From: Bacteroidota bacterium
Lineage (GTDB): Bacteria; Bacteroidota; Bacteroidia; Bacteroidales; VadinHA17
Direction: 5' to 3'
Assembly: GCA_016718875.1 (NCBI GenBank)
Contig: JADKBL010000005.1
Span: 26,172-90,171 of the forward strand
DNA length: 64,000 nt
Part shown: piece by piece, positions 1 to 8,523 of the stretch
How positions within the stretch are numbered: position 1 is the stretch's first letter
Layout: every line of letters starts with the position of its first letter
The notes under the pieces: model-generated
What the model saw: only the letters and a program-made list of their open reading frames with translations
Databases searched by the model: none
Told to the model about the DNA's origin: nothing
Program-made: the position numbers and the translations under genes

Positions 1-801
1 CTCCGCTGCTGTCTGAACATAAAATGCAAGATATTCATCCCATGTAACTTCTATCTCTGCCATAAAGAAAGGAGAAAGCTCTACCTCCCTTACCGGACCT
101 TCGTCAGGCTTTCTGAATGGCTCATCAGCATTGCTACCCATCTTAAACTTCCCTCCGGGAATTGCAACCATATTGAACGCGATTGATGAATTCGGGATCT
201 TTTCTGTATAATTTTTTAATTCTGTTACATGTGTCGGTTCTTTAAAGATCTCCTTCGGAGCAGCAGATGCAGATCCAAATGTGGCATTGCTGCCATGTGT
301 ATATCCTGCAATGAAATGGCCTGCATTCAGATGGCAGTTTATACAATGAAGCTCATCTGTCTTTTTGGTCTGTGTATAGTAAAGATGAGCATTCTCTCCC
401 TCCTTTGTAAGCTTTGCAGGAAAAAGGTTAACATGGCATTTTTTGCAGCTGGTCTCAAATACATGCCCCCTTGCTACTTCGAGCCTGCCACGCTCTTCCC
501 AGTTAAATGATAATGAGTCTTTTGTCCAGTAGCTCCAGAGATCCCTTAATCCTGTTGTGGCTTTATGGTACAGGTAGTTTTCTCCTTTAGGCGGCAAATG
601 GCAATCAACACATGCAATTCTTGATCCGGATTTTGTATCATAATGGACCGATTTCTTCCAGGCGGCATCAGCCTGGGGGTGAATATGGCACGACATGCAA
701 AACTCATTCGACGAGGTTGCATCAATTGCCTTTCCCCCTCCAAGTATCAGTAATACACCCACAATCATACCGGGAACAAACCACAGGAGAACCTTCTTCA
801 T
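1..801 (-). CDS. NapC/NirT-type tetrahaem cytochrome c with an N-terminal membrane anchor, fused to an FGE-sulfatase/SUMF1-like domain. The C-terminus runs off the window.
   Basis: Absent from the supplied ORF track because it is open to the window edge. My translation from the ATG at 801-799 gives MKKVLLWFVPGMIVGVLLILGG (TM helix). It then has four CxxCH motifs (CMSCH, CVDCH, CKKCH, CINCH). It continues IAFNMVAIPGGKFKMGSNADEPFRKPDEGPVREVELSPFFMAEIEVTWDEY, typical of FGE-sulfatase domains. Confidence 0.75.
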   Translation of the reverse strand, partial: MKKVLLWFVPGMIVGVLLILGGGKAIDATSSNEFCMSCHIHPQADAAWKKSVHYDTKSGSRIACVDCHLPPKGENYLYHKATTGLRDLWSYWTKDSLSFNWEERGRLEVARGHVFETSCKKCHVNLFPAKLTKEGENAHLYYTQTKKTDELHCINCHLNAGHFIAGYTHGSNATFGSASAAPKEIFKEPTHVTELKNYTEKIPNSSIAFNMVAIPGGKFKMGSNADEPFRKPDEGPVREVELSPFFMAEIEVTWDEYLAFYVQTAAE

Positions 802-834
802 CTTTTAAAATTTTAAGGGCTTAAGATATATAAT

Positions 835-871
835 AATATTTCACACGCTACGGGGTGTGAAATATTTCACA
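835..871. promoter_or_regulatory. CRP/FNR-type operator candidate: perfect TGTGA-AATATT-TCACA palindrome (856-871) plus an upstream direct copy of AATATTTCACA (835-845)
   Basis: Read directly from the sequence: aatatttcacac gctacggg gtgtgaaatatttcaca. It lies in the 138-bp divergent intergenic region between the cytochrome-FGE gene (-) and the 940 gene (+). Confidence 0.4.
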
Positions 872-939
872 ATAAAATCCGTCTTAATCTGTTTCTGATT
901 GTTATTGTAATAATAGTAATTTTATGGTCCAATTTTATC

Positions 940-2367
940 ATGATGAAAAGGACTTTTTTACTTCTGCTGATAATACTTTTTACAATTAACGGGTTTGCTC
1001 ATCCATGGAAACCAAGGCATTATATTATCATTGATACTGATGCAGGCATTGATGACATAAAAGCTATTACGATGCTTCTGGCCTCACCGGATGTGAGGGT
1101 TCTGGCGATAAGCATATCTCCCGGAGCCCTGAATACAAATGCCGCATATATAAAGGTTAAGAGTCTGCTTAACAGCTTTTACCACGAAGGTTTGCCTGCT
1201 GGCATCAACAAATCCTGCAGTTTTAAATCACCTGATTTCGCCCAGGCTCTCTTGGTAAAATGGGGAAATGAGGGATCTGTCATCCTTATTGAGGCACCTG
1301 AAAGTATTTCCATGCTTAGTGAAATTTTTGAAGTTGAGAAGAATAAAGTTACAATGGTATGCCTTGGAGGGCTGTCAACTGCAGCCTCTGCAATTACACA
1401 AATCCCTCAGTTTAAAAATATTGTCAAACAGATAATATGGAGCGCCGAAGGACTAAATGACAAGCGTGGTTTCAACTACAATATTGATTCAAAAGCGGCC
1501 TCAAGCGTTGTGGGCAGCGGTATTCCTCTTACAATTGTCAGAGGCAGTCCTGATGCTCAGTTCTATGACTCTGAACTGACTAAGAAGATTTCTGAGATCC
1601 AAAATTCATATTCCGGCAGGATATCGGACTTCCTTGTATCAGAAGCAGGCAGACAGCACAAATACTCATCGACACTTGCAGATGATGCCATACCCTTATA
1701 TCTTCACTATCCTGAATTATTCTCTGCCGATACTGCAAAGAATGGAATTGAAGCATCGCCCCGCGATATCGATCAGATAAAAGAGAAAACAATTAAAATA
1801 TTAAAAGGTGAGACAGTAGAAAGAAACCAGGTTATAAGAGAGCTTCCGGTTACTCCCTCTTTCTATTTTGATGATATTGAATCATCTGTGTCTGATATAA
1901 TTACTAAATATGGCAAGGATGAATGGGTTTCCGGAGTTATTGCCAATGAACTTCACCGGCATCTTGGAGTTTTTGCAATTGTCGGAGTCAAAATGGGCAT
2001 AAGGGCAAGGGAGTATTTCAATACCGGGGTCGATGAATTCAGTGTTACTTCCTCTGCCGGGTCCAACCCTCCCCTCAGCTGTATGAATGACGGGCTCCAG
2101 GTAAGTACCGGTGCAACACCCGGTCATGGTTTACTGACGGTCCTAAATGAATCTCCTGTACCATCTGCCGAATTCACTTATATTAATCAAAAAATCAGGC
2201 TCACCCTTAAGCCTGAAATTGCTTTAATGATCAGCAAAGAACTTAAGGAGATAAATTTTGTATATGGCCTCGACAGTGATATTTATTGGGAGCTTGTGAG
2301 GAAAAATTCCATAAAATACTGGTTAAATCTCGACAGGCATGATATCTTTATTTTAGAAAAACTTTAG
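940..2367 (+). CDS. Secreted two-domain protein: inosine/uridine-preferring nucleoside hydrolase-like N-domain plus FmdE-like C-domain
   Basis: Signal peptide MMKRTFLLLLIILFTINGFA. IUNH-like aspartate cluster IIIDTDAGIDDIKAI. The C-terminal HRHLGVFAIVGVKMGIRAREYF and SCMNDGLQVSTGATPGHG resemble FmdE-family motifs; this domain call is the weaker of the two. Confidence 0.65.
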   Translation: MMKRTFLLLLIILFTINGFAHPWKPRHYIIIDTDAGIDDIKAITMLLASPDVRVLAISISPGALNTNAAYIKVKSLLNSFYHEGLPAGINKSCSFKSPDFAQALLVKWGNEGSVILIEAPESISMLSEIFEVEKNKVTMVCLGGLSTAASAITQIPQFKNIVKQIIWSAEGLNDKRGFNYNIDSKAASSVVGSGIPLTIVRGSPDAQFYDSELTKKISEIQNSYSGRISDFLVSEAGRQHKYSSTLADDAIPLYLHYPELFSADTAKNGIEASPRDIDQIKEKTIKILKGETVERNQVIRELPVTPSFYFDDIESSVSDIITKYGKDEWVSGVIANELHRHLGVFAIVGVKMGIRAREYFNTGVDEFSVTSSAGSNPPLSCMNDGLQVSTGATPGHGLLTVLNESPVPSAEFTYINQKIRLTLKPEIALMISKELKEINFVYGLDSDIYWELVRKNSIKYWLNLDRHDIFILEKL

Positions 2368-2452
2368 AGGTTGTTTTTGCAATATTGAAATTTTATTGTT
2401 TTCAAACATCCGGGCATGATTTTTGTTTATTCATAAAAGCTTCTGCTATGCT

Positions 2453-2791
2453 ATGAAACAACTCTTTATAATATTGACTCTGTATTCATTGCTTGCTTCA
2501 GGGTGTGAGAAAAGCAAATATGATGCTCCGGGATGCATTGAAGATAAGATTGACGAGTTTGTTGCCAATGTCATATGCGATAATGGGGCATATGTGGCTC
2601 TGTACAAATTTAATGATAAAGATGTCTACCTTTTTTATGAAGGATATTGTGGTGCCGATCTGGGAGGTACAGTCTATACAAAAGATTGCCTCTACCTCGG
2701 TTTTATTGGTGGGATATCAGGCAATACATTTATCCAGGGCGTGAACTTTTACGATAGCGCCCGTTATATTAAAAGACTCTGGGAAAATTAA
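2453..2791 (+). CDS. Small hypothetical lipoprotein
   Basis: The ATG at 2453 gives MKQLFIILTLYSLLASGC (lipobox). No recognisable catalytic motifs. Confidence 0.5.
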   Translation: MKQLFIILTLYSLLASGCEKSKYDAPGCIEDKIDEFVANVICDNGAYVALYKFNDKDVYLFYEGYCGADLGGTVYTKDCLYLGFIGGISGNTFIQGVNFYDSARYIKRLWEN

Positions 2792-2819
2792 GTTGCCGGT
2801 TTCCCGGTCTGGGATTCGG

Positions 2820-4352
2820 CTATTTATTGTAATTGTCAAAGAAATCGTTCCCCTTGTCATCAGTAATAATAAAAGCAGGCATATTCTCAACCCGTATTTT
2901 CCTGACAGCTTCCATTCCAAGATCTTCAAAATCAACCATCTCGACTGACTTTATATTCTCGGCAGCAAGAATCGCAGCCGGCCCTCCGATTGACCCCAGG
3001 TAGAAACCGCCGTATTTTTTGCAGGCATCAATAACCTGTCTGCTTCGATTTCCCTTGGCAAGCATGATAAGAGATCCGCCCATGCTTTGAAACAGATCAA
3101 CATATGTATCCATTCTTCCTGCAGTTGTAGGACCGAAACTTCCGGAGGGCATACCTGCAGGTGTCTTGGCTGGTCCTGCATAATAAACCGGATGATTTTT
3201 AAAATATTCAGGTATAGGTTTCCCATCATCAACAAGTTTCTTGATGCGGGCATGAGCAATATCCCTGGCAACAATCAGAGTTCCGGTAAGACTTAACCTG
3301 GTCTTGACCGGATATTTTGTTAGTTCTGAAAGCACCTCTTTCATAGGACGGTCAAGATTGATCTCAACAGGCTTTTCAAGTTCCGGTGCTTTTTCAGGCA
3401 TAAATCTTTCGGGATGACGTTCCAGTTCTTCCAGGAAGATCCCGTCAGAAGTTATTTTTGCTTTTATGTTCCTGTCGGCGCTGCAGCTTACTCCAATTCC
3501 AACGGGACATGAAGCCGCATGCCTTGGGAGCCTTATTACCCTTACATCATGAACAAAATATTTCCCACCAAACTGGGCGCCAACTCCATACTCGTGACAT
3601 ATTTTCTCTATCTTCTTTTCCCAATCCAAATCGCGGAAAGCACGCCCCCCCTCATTTCCATTTACTGGAAGATGATCGAGGTAACCGGCCGAAGCTTCCT
3701 TCACTGTCTTAAGAGTGGCCTCCGCTGAAGTTCCTCCGATGACCAGAGCCAGATGATAAGGAGGACATGCAGATGTTCCTAAATCCCTGATCTTCTCCTT
3801 AACAAATTTAACAAGGGACTCTTCGTTCAGAAGTGATTTGGTCTGCTGGTACAGGAATGTTTTATTGGCAGATCCCCCTCCTTTTGTAATAAAAAGAAAA
3901 TCATATGAATCTCCCTCTTTTGAATAAATGTCTATCTGGGCTGGAAGGTTCGATCCTGTGTTCTTCTCATCGAACATTGTAAGAGGAACTATCTGGGAAT
4001 ATCTCAGATTTTTATTTTTATAAGTTTCATAAATACCCCTGGAAAGGTATTCCGCATCATTGACCCCGGTCCAAACCTGTTCTCCCTTCTTTGCCATCAC
4101 TATTGCAGTTCCGGTATCCTGGCACCAGGGGAGGTCTTCCTTTGAGGAGATAACAGTATTCCTGAGCATAACATATGCAACAAACCTGTCATTATCAGTT
4201 GCCTCCGGATCCTTAAGGATTGAGGCAAGTTTCTCGAGATGAGAGGTCCTCAGAAAAAATGAGATATCGGAAACAGCTTCCCTTGCGAGTAGTTCAAGCC
4301 CCTTCGGATCAACTTTGAGAATCTTTTTTCCGTTAAATTCGGTTGCTGTCAC
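2820..4352 (-). CDS. Class I (Fe-S, fused alpha/beta) fumarate hydratase. The conserved N-terminal extension upstream is interrupted by an in-frame TAA.
   Basis: [35 protein letters not shown] and a C-terminal beta-domain ([14 protein letters not shown]) match FumA/FumB-type enzymes. The track ORF starts at a GTG. In the same frame upstream, an ATG at 4430 encodes MPEFRYEKPFQLEKDTTK, then TAA at 4376-4374, then RLLTKECV. Confidence 0.9.
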   Translation of the reverse strand: MTATEFNGKKILKVDPKGLELLAREAVSDISFFLRTSHLEKLASILKDPEATDNDRFVAYVMLRNTVISSKEDLPWCQDTGTAIVMAKKGEQVWTGVNDAEYLSRGIYETYKNKNLRYSQIVPLTMFDEKNTGSNLPAQIDIYSKEGDSYDFLFITKGGGSANKTFLYQQTKSLLNEESLVKFVKEKIRDLGTSACPPYHLALVIGGTSAEATLKTVKEASAGYLDHLPVNGNEGGRAFRDLDWEKKIEKICHEYGVGAQFGGKYFVHDVRVIRLPRHAASCPVGIGVSCSADRNIKAKITSDGIFLEELERHPERFMPEKAPELEKPVEINLDRPMKEVLSELTKYPVKTRLSLTGTLIVARDIAHARIKKLVDDGKPIPEYFKNHPVYYAGPAKTPAGMPSGSFGPTTAGRMDTYVDLFQSMGGSLIMLAKGNRSRQVIDACKKYGGFYLGSIGGPAAILAAENIKSVEMVDFEDLGMEAVRKIRVENMPAFIITDDKGNDFFDNYNK

Positions 4353-4547
4353 ACACTCTTTCGTAAGTAGACGTTACTTTGTGGTATCCTTTTCCAGCTG
4401 AAAAGGTTTCTCATATCTGAATTCAGGCATGGTTTGAGAATTTTGTTAGTAGTGAAAGAACTTTATGGAGGTGCTTTATCAAAAATACACAAATCAGATT
4501 AAAGAAACAATGAAGAAATTCATAAACGGCAATGACATAAATAATTT

Positions 4548-5387
4548 TCAGATATTGCTGAAGAGGATCTTTTCTCCCGGCCTGATACCCTTCTCAGTCA
4601 TTCTGAGTTTACAGCATTCAATTTTTTCATCATGCTGAAAAACAAGGATATGGTTATTCTCCACTGCCTCCTTAAGAATTTTTTCCTTTTCACTGATCGT
4701 CTTCAGTGACTCAATATCGTAACTCATATTCCAGATCAAAGGGATGTGTGCACTTGTCGGTATAAGATCACCGGTAAAAACAATGGTTTGATCATTATAC
4801 CTAATAACAGGTATCATCAGTCCCGGTGTATGTCCATGGCAAATTCTTACTGAAAATCCCGGGAATAATTCTCCTTCAGCATCAATCTGATTGAGTTTCC
4901 CGCTATCCTTTAAAGGCAGAATGTTTTCAATAGGATAAGCATCTTCTTCCCTGATATTGTTCTTTAATGCCCAATCAAGCTGAACCCTGCTGACATGGTA
5001 CAATGCCCCGGGAAAAGTAAGCTGAAATCCATTGCCGCCACTTCTCTTTTTAACACTGCCTCCGCAGTGGTCAGCATGCAAATGCGTAAGAAATACATCA
5101 GTTATGTCCTCAGGTTTATAACCCCGGGCAGCAAGACCCCCGATAAGTCCTTCCCCTCCATGTATAAAAGAATGTCTGAAGAATTTCTCATCCTGTTTGT
5201 CTCCCCATCCGGTATCAACCAGTATGACATGACCTGCTGTTTCAACAATGATGGAACGAAGACTGATTGTGACAAGGTTCATCTCATCGGCAGGATAAAC
5301 TCTCGACCATAGTGCCTTGGGAATAACTCCAAACATTGCACCCCCGTCTGCTTTGAAATTTGCGATATTGAACAGATGGATCTTCAT
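4548..5387 (-). CDS. MBL-fold metallo-hydrolase
   Basis: HxHxDH motif (THLHADHCGG). Start chosen at MKIHLFNIANFKADGG. Confidence 0.8.
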   Translation of the reverse strand: MKIHLFNIANFKADGGAMFGVIPKALWSRVYPADEMNLVTISLRSIIVETAGHVILVDTGWGDKQDEKFFRHSFIHGGEGLIGGLAARGYKPEDITDVFLTHLHADHCGGSVKKRSGGNGFQLTFPGALYHVSRVQLDWALKNNIREEDAYPIENILPLKDSGKLNQIDAEGELFPGFSVRICHGHTPGLMIPVIRYNDQTIVFTGDLIPTSAHIPLIWNMSYDIESLKTISEKEKILKEAVENNHILVFQHDEKIECCKLRMTEKGIRPGEKILFSNI

Positions 5388-5468
5388 CAGATAATTATTA
5401 TTACACAATATTAAGAATTTTAATACCTTTAAAATCGTTATCAGGTATCATTAATAAAACCTCAAATC

Positions 5469-6359
5469 ATGAAAAAAGTTCTTATAGTTCTGTTTTCTGT
5501 TATTAGCACTTCTCTTCTTGCAGCTCAGACGGGCAAGGTTTCAGATGACCTTTCAATGCCTAGCAAGATCCTGAAAATGGATCGTAAATATGCTATTTAT
5601 TTACCTCCCGATTATGAGACGTCAAACCGAAGCTATCCTGTTCTCTATCTGCTTCACGGAGCAGGCGATGATCAGACAGGTTGGGTACAATTCGGTGAGG
5701 TTTTGAATATTGCCGATAAAGCCATAAATGAAGGGACTGCAACACCTATGATCATTGTTATGCCTGATGGTAATACAGGCAGGCGCGGATATTTTAACAG
5801 TCCAAAGGGTGATTGGCTTTATGAGGATTTCTTTTTCCAGGAATTCATGCCATACATTGAAAAAACTTACCGCATAAAAGCTGATAAGCATTACCGTGCA
5901 GTTGCAGGTCTTTCGATGGGAGGATATGGTACCTTCGTATTTGCACTTCACCATCCTGAACTGTTTGCTTCAGCATGTCCGCTAAGTGCTGCAACAGGAC
6001 CAAAAACCATAGATGAACTTAAGGTTGACAGGCTTATGCAGACTGCAGAAACTATTTCAGATGCACAAAAGGAAGCTTATTTTAAACAGTACAGTGTGCT
6101 CAATCTAATTGAAAGCATACCTGATGATGTTATAAAATCAACCAAGCCTGAAGACCAGAAGAAAAAGGTCAGATGGTATATCGATTGCGGTGATGATGAT
6201 TTTCTTTATGAAGGAAATGCCCTGGTGCATATTGCAATGCGTAAAAAAGGAATTGCCCATGAATACAGGGTCCGCGATGGTGTTCACAACTGGGTTTACT
6301 GGCGTGCGGCACTGCCCAAAGTACTGGAATTTGTTACAATGGATTTTCACCAGTTCTAA
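5469..6359 (+). CDS. Secreted esterase (putative esterase/esterase D-type alpha/beta hydrolase)
   Basis: Signal peptide, YPVLYLLHGAGDDQTGW, and the nucleophile elbow GLSMGGYG. Confidence 0.75.
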   Translation: MKKVLIVLFSVISTSLLAAQTGKVSDDLSMPSKILKMDRKYAIYLPPDYETSNRSYPVLYLLHGAGDDQTGWVQFGEVLNIADKAINEGTATPMIIVMPDGNTGRRGYFNSPKGDWLYEDFFFQEFMPYIEKTYRIKADKHYRAVAGLSMGGYGTFVFALHHPELFASACPLSAATGPKTIDELKVDRLMQTAETISDAQKEAYFKQYSVLNLIESIPDDVIKSTKPEDQKKKVRWYIDCGDDDFLYEGNALVHIAMRKKGIAHEYRVRDGVHNWVYWRAALPKVLEFVTMDFHQF

Positions 6360-7537
6360 ACAGAATGCTTTTTCGGGCCCTTTGAGGTCAGAATGAACAT
6401 AATCCTAAGCATGAACCTTATCAGCTGGTATGAAGTCCAGTCAATGAGTCTGCTGGGCCATCTCTTCCTGTGGATATAGTTTTCGAAGGTTACCTGGCGG
6501 CAATCCTTCTTTATAACCATTTTAAGAAGCTTTTCAAATTCGCTTGTGAACTTCTCATCCAGGATATTAACATTCATCTCTATACTTCCGTAATCGCTGA
6601 GGTGATTCAGGTTATAGCTTCCTATTGTGCTCCACTTACCATCCACTACTGCCACTTTTGCATGCAGATTTGACGGAAGGTATTCAAAGATTTTTATATT
6701 ATTCCGAAGAATAAACCTGTAAAGGAAGTTGGTGGCTCGCTTAAATACAGGAGCATCTGATTCCGCTGATAATACAATTGTAATATCCACTCCCCTGCGG
6801 CTCGCATTCCTGAGTAGCTTTCTCTCGTTCCTGCCCGGAAGAAAATAGCTCGCCATCATAATCATACTTTCCCTTGAATGCTTCAGGGCTGACCTGTAAC
6901 TTTTCAAAATTTCTATTTTATTCCTGTACCAGTTATTCTGCACAACTTTTACCCTTACATTATCCTCATGAACAACAGGATTATGAATTGTTTCACGTGA
7001 TCTTTCCCATCTGGTCATAAATTTCTTGTTCCACAGTTTTTTAAGGATAAACAGCACATGAACACACTCAGGTCCTCTTATAGAAACAGCAAAATCAAGC
7101 CACTCTTTCTTACTGTGACTTCCCTGATAACGATTGGCAATATTCATCCCCCCTATTATTGCCAGTTCACCATCTACCAGAAGAACCTTGTGGTGTAACC
7201 TAAGACTAAACTGAAAGCCCTCCGACATCAAACCGGGAGAAAACCTCCGGAATATTATGCCTGCCCTTTCAGCCTCCTGTTCAAGATGATACGGGAAGGA
7301 CTTACCGCCATAGGCATCAATAAGGAAATAAACCCTGACACCTCTTATTGAAGCTCTTACCAGAGCATCCAGTATTTTCCGGCCGGTCTCATCATTATCA
7401 ACAATATATGTCTGGAAGTGAATAAACTGCCGGGCAATGTCAATAGCCTCTACGCATGCAGCAAAATATGGTTTGCCACTTCGAAGCAGCTCAACTGAAT
7501 GACCGCTCTGGTATTGATGTAATGAGGGCAATTTCAT
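6356..7537 (-). CDS. Phospholipase D / cardiolipin synthase-like protein
   Basis: Two HKD motifs (HHKVLLVDGE and LHAKVAVVDGK). Start moved to MKLPSLHQY at 7537, because the longer track ORF overlaps the neighbouring gene and encodes low-complexity sequence. Confidence 0.8.
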   Translation of the reverse strand: MKLPSLHQYQSGHSVELLRSGKPYFAACVEAIDIARQFIHFQTYIVDNDETGRKILDALVRASIRGVRVYFLIDAYGGKSFPYHLEQEAERAGIIFRRFSPGLMSEGFQFSLRLHHKVLLVDGELAIIGGMNIANRYQGSHSKKEWLDFAVSIRGPECVHVLFILKKLWNKKFMTRWERSRETIHNPVVHEDNVRVKVVQNNWYRNKIEILKSYRSALKHSRESMIMMASYFLPGRNERKLLRNASRRGVDITIVLSAESDAPVFKRATNFLYRFILRNNIKIFEYLPSNLHAKVAVVDGKWSTIGSYNLNHLSDYGSIEMNVNILDEKFTSEFEKLLKMVIKKDCRQVTFENYIHRKRWPSRLIDWTSYQLIRFMLRIMFILTSKGPKKHSV

Positions 7538-7655
7538 CAGCAGTACGTGATTCGGTTCCTCTTTACAAATATAGGACTTTACACAAGATGAAAACTGTTG
7601 TACAGAAATACAAAAATTAAGTAGTATTTTTAGGATGATTTTCAGAAAAAGAAAT

Positions 7656-8522
7656 ATGAAACGAAGAAAAATGATAGAAAGTATGGCAGGTGCAGCTTTA
7701 GTTACAGCAGTCACTCCGCTAAACATGGCCTTTTCAGGTAATAGCGAGGGAAACAGCCCTTTGAAAGGGAATATACACCACTCTGTAAGCCAGTGGTGTT
7801 ATGGAGATATTCCGCTTGATCAGTTTGCCAAATCATGCAAAGAAATGGGTCTTGAATCAATTGAACTCCTGGGCGAAAAAGACTGGCCTGTGGTTCAGAA
7901 AGCTGGTCTTAAATGTGCTGTGGGTTATGCAACTGAGCTTGGGATACCGAAAGGATTCAATCGTACAGCCAACCATGAGCAGCTTATTTCTGACTTTACC
8001 AAAATGATCCCAAAAGCTGCCGCAGCAGGAGTTCCAAATCTGATTTGTTTCTCAGGCAACAGGGAGGGGCAGGATGACAATGAAGGGCTGCTGATCTGTG
8101 CAAAAGGGATCAGGCAGATCATGCCACTGGCTGAAAAGCATGGCGTTACAATCATTATAGAACTTCTAAACTCATATCAGCATGAAGACTATCAGTGCGA
8201 CAGAACCAGCTGGGGTGCTGCCTTATGTGAAATGGTAGGCTCGGAACGATTCAAATTACTTTACGATATATATCATATGCAGATAATGGAAGGCAACATT
8301 ATTGAAAACATAACTAAATACAACCAGTATATCGGACATATTCATACCGGAGGAGTACCGGGAAGGCATGAACTTGATGAAACGCAGGAGCTTTATTACC
8401 CTGCAATTATGAGTGCTCTCATTAAATCCGGCTATAAAGGATTTGTGGGTCATGAATTTGTTCCGACAATGAAAGATAAACTTGAATCGCTTAGAAAGTC
8501 TGTCCTCATCTGTGATGTATAA
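7656..8522 (+). CDS. Xylose isomerase-like TIM-barrel protein (hydroxypyruvate isomerase family) with a twin-arginine-like signal
   Basis: MKRRKMIESMAGAALVTAV N-terminus. HIHTGGVPGRHE and GHEF motifs typical of Hyi-like sugar-phosphate isomerase/epimerase folds. Confidence 0.7.
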   Translation: MKRRKMIESMAGAALVTAVTPLNMAFSGNSEGNSPLKGNIHHSVSQWCYGDIPLDQFAKSCKEMGLESIELLGEKDWPVVQKAGLKCAVGYATELGIPKGFNRTANHEQLISDFTKMIPKAAAAGVPNLICFSGNREGQDDNEGLLICAKGIRQIMPLAEKHGVTIIIELLNSYQHEDYQCDRTSWGAALCEMVGSERFKLLYDIYHMQIMEGNIIENITKYNQYIGHIHTGGVPGRHELDETQELYYPAIMSALIKSGYKGFVGHEFVPTMKDKLESLRKSVLICDV

Positions 8523-8523
8523 T

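Noticed and set aside
4374-4376. Stop-codon reassignment (TAA read as Tyr) suggested by the in-frame TAA in fumarase
   Set aside because: TAA is used as a normal terminator by many well-defined genes in this window, such as asd, rplM and tsf. This is the only in-frame case seen. A single substitution or error is far more likely.
7538-7726. N-terminal extension of the PLD/cardiolipin synthase ORF, and similar extensions at 39107-39307, 58963-58992 and 44750-44830
   Set aside because: The extensions overlap neighbouring genes or promoter regions and lack conservation-like sequence. Internal ATG codons give N-termini typical of the families.
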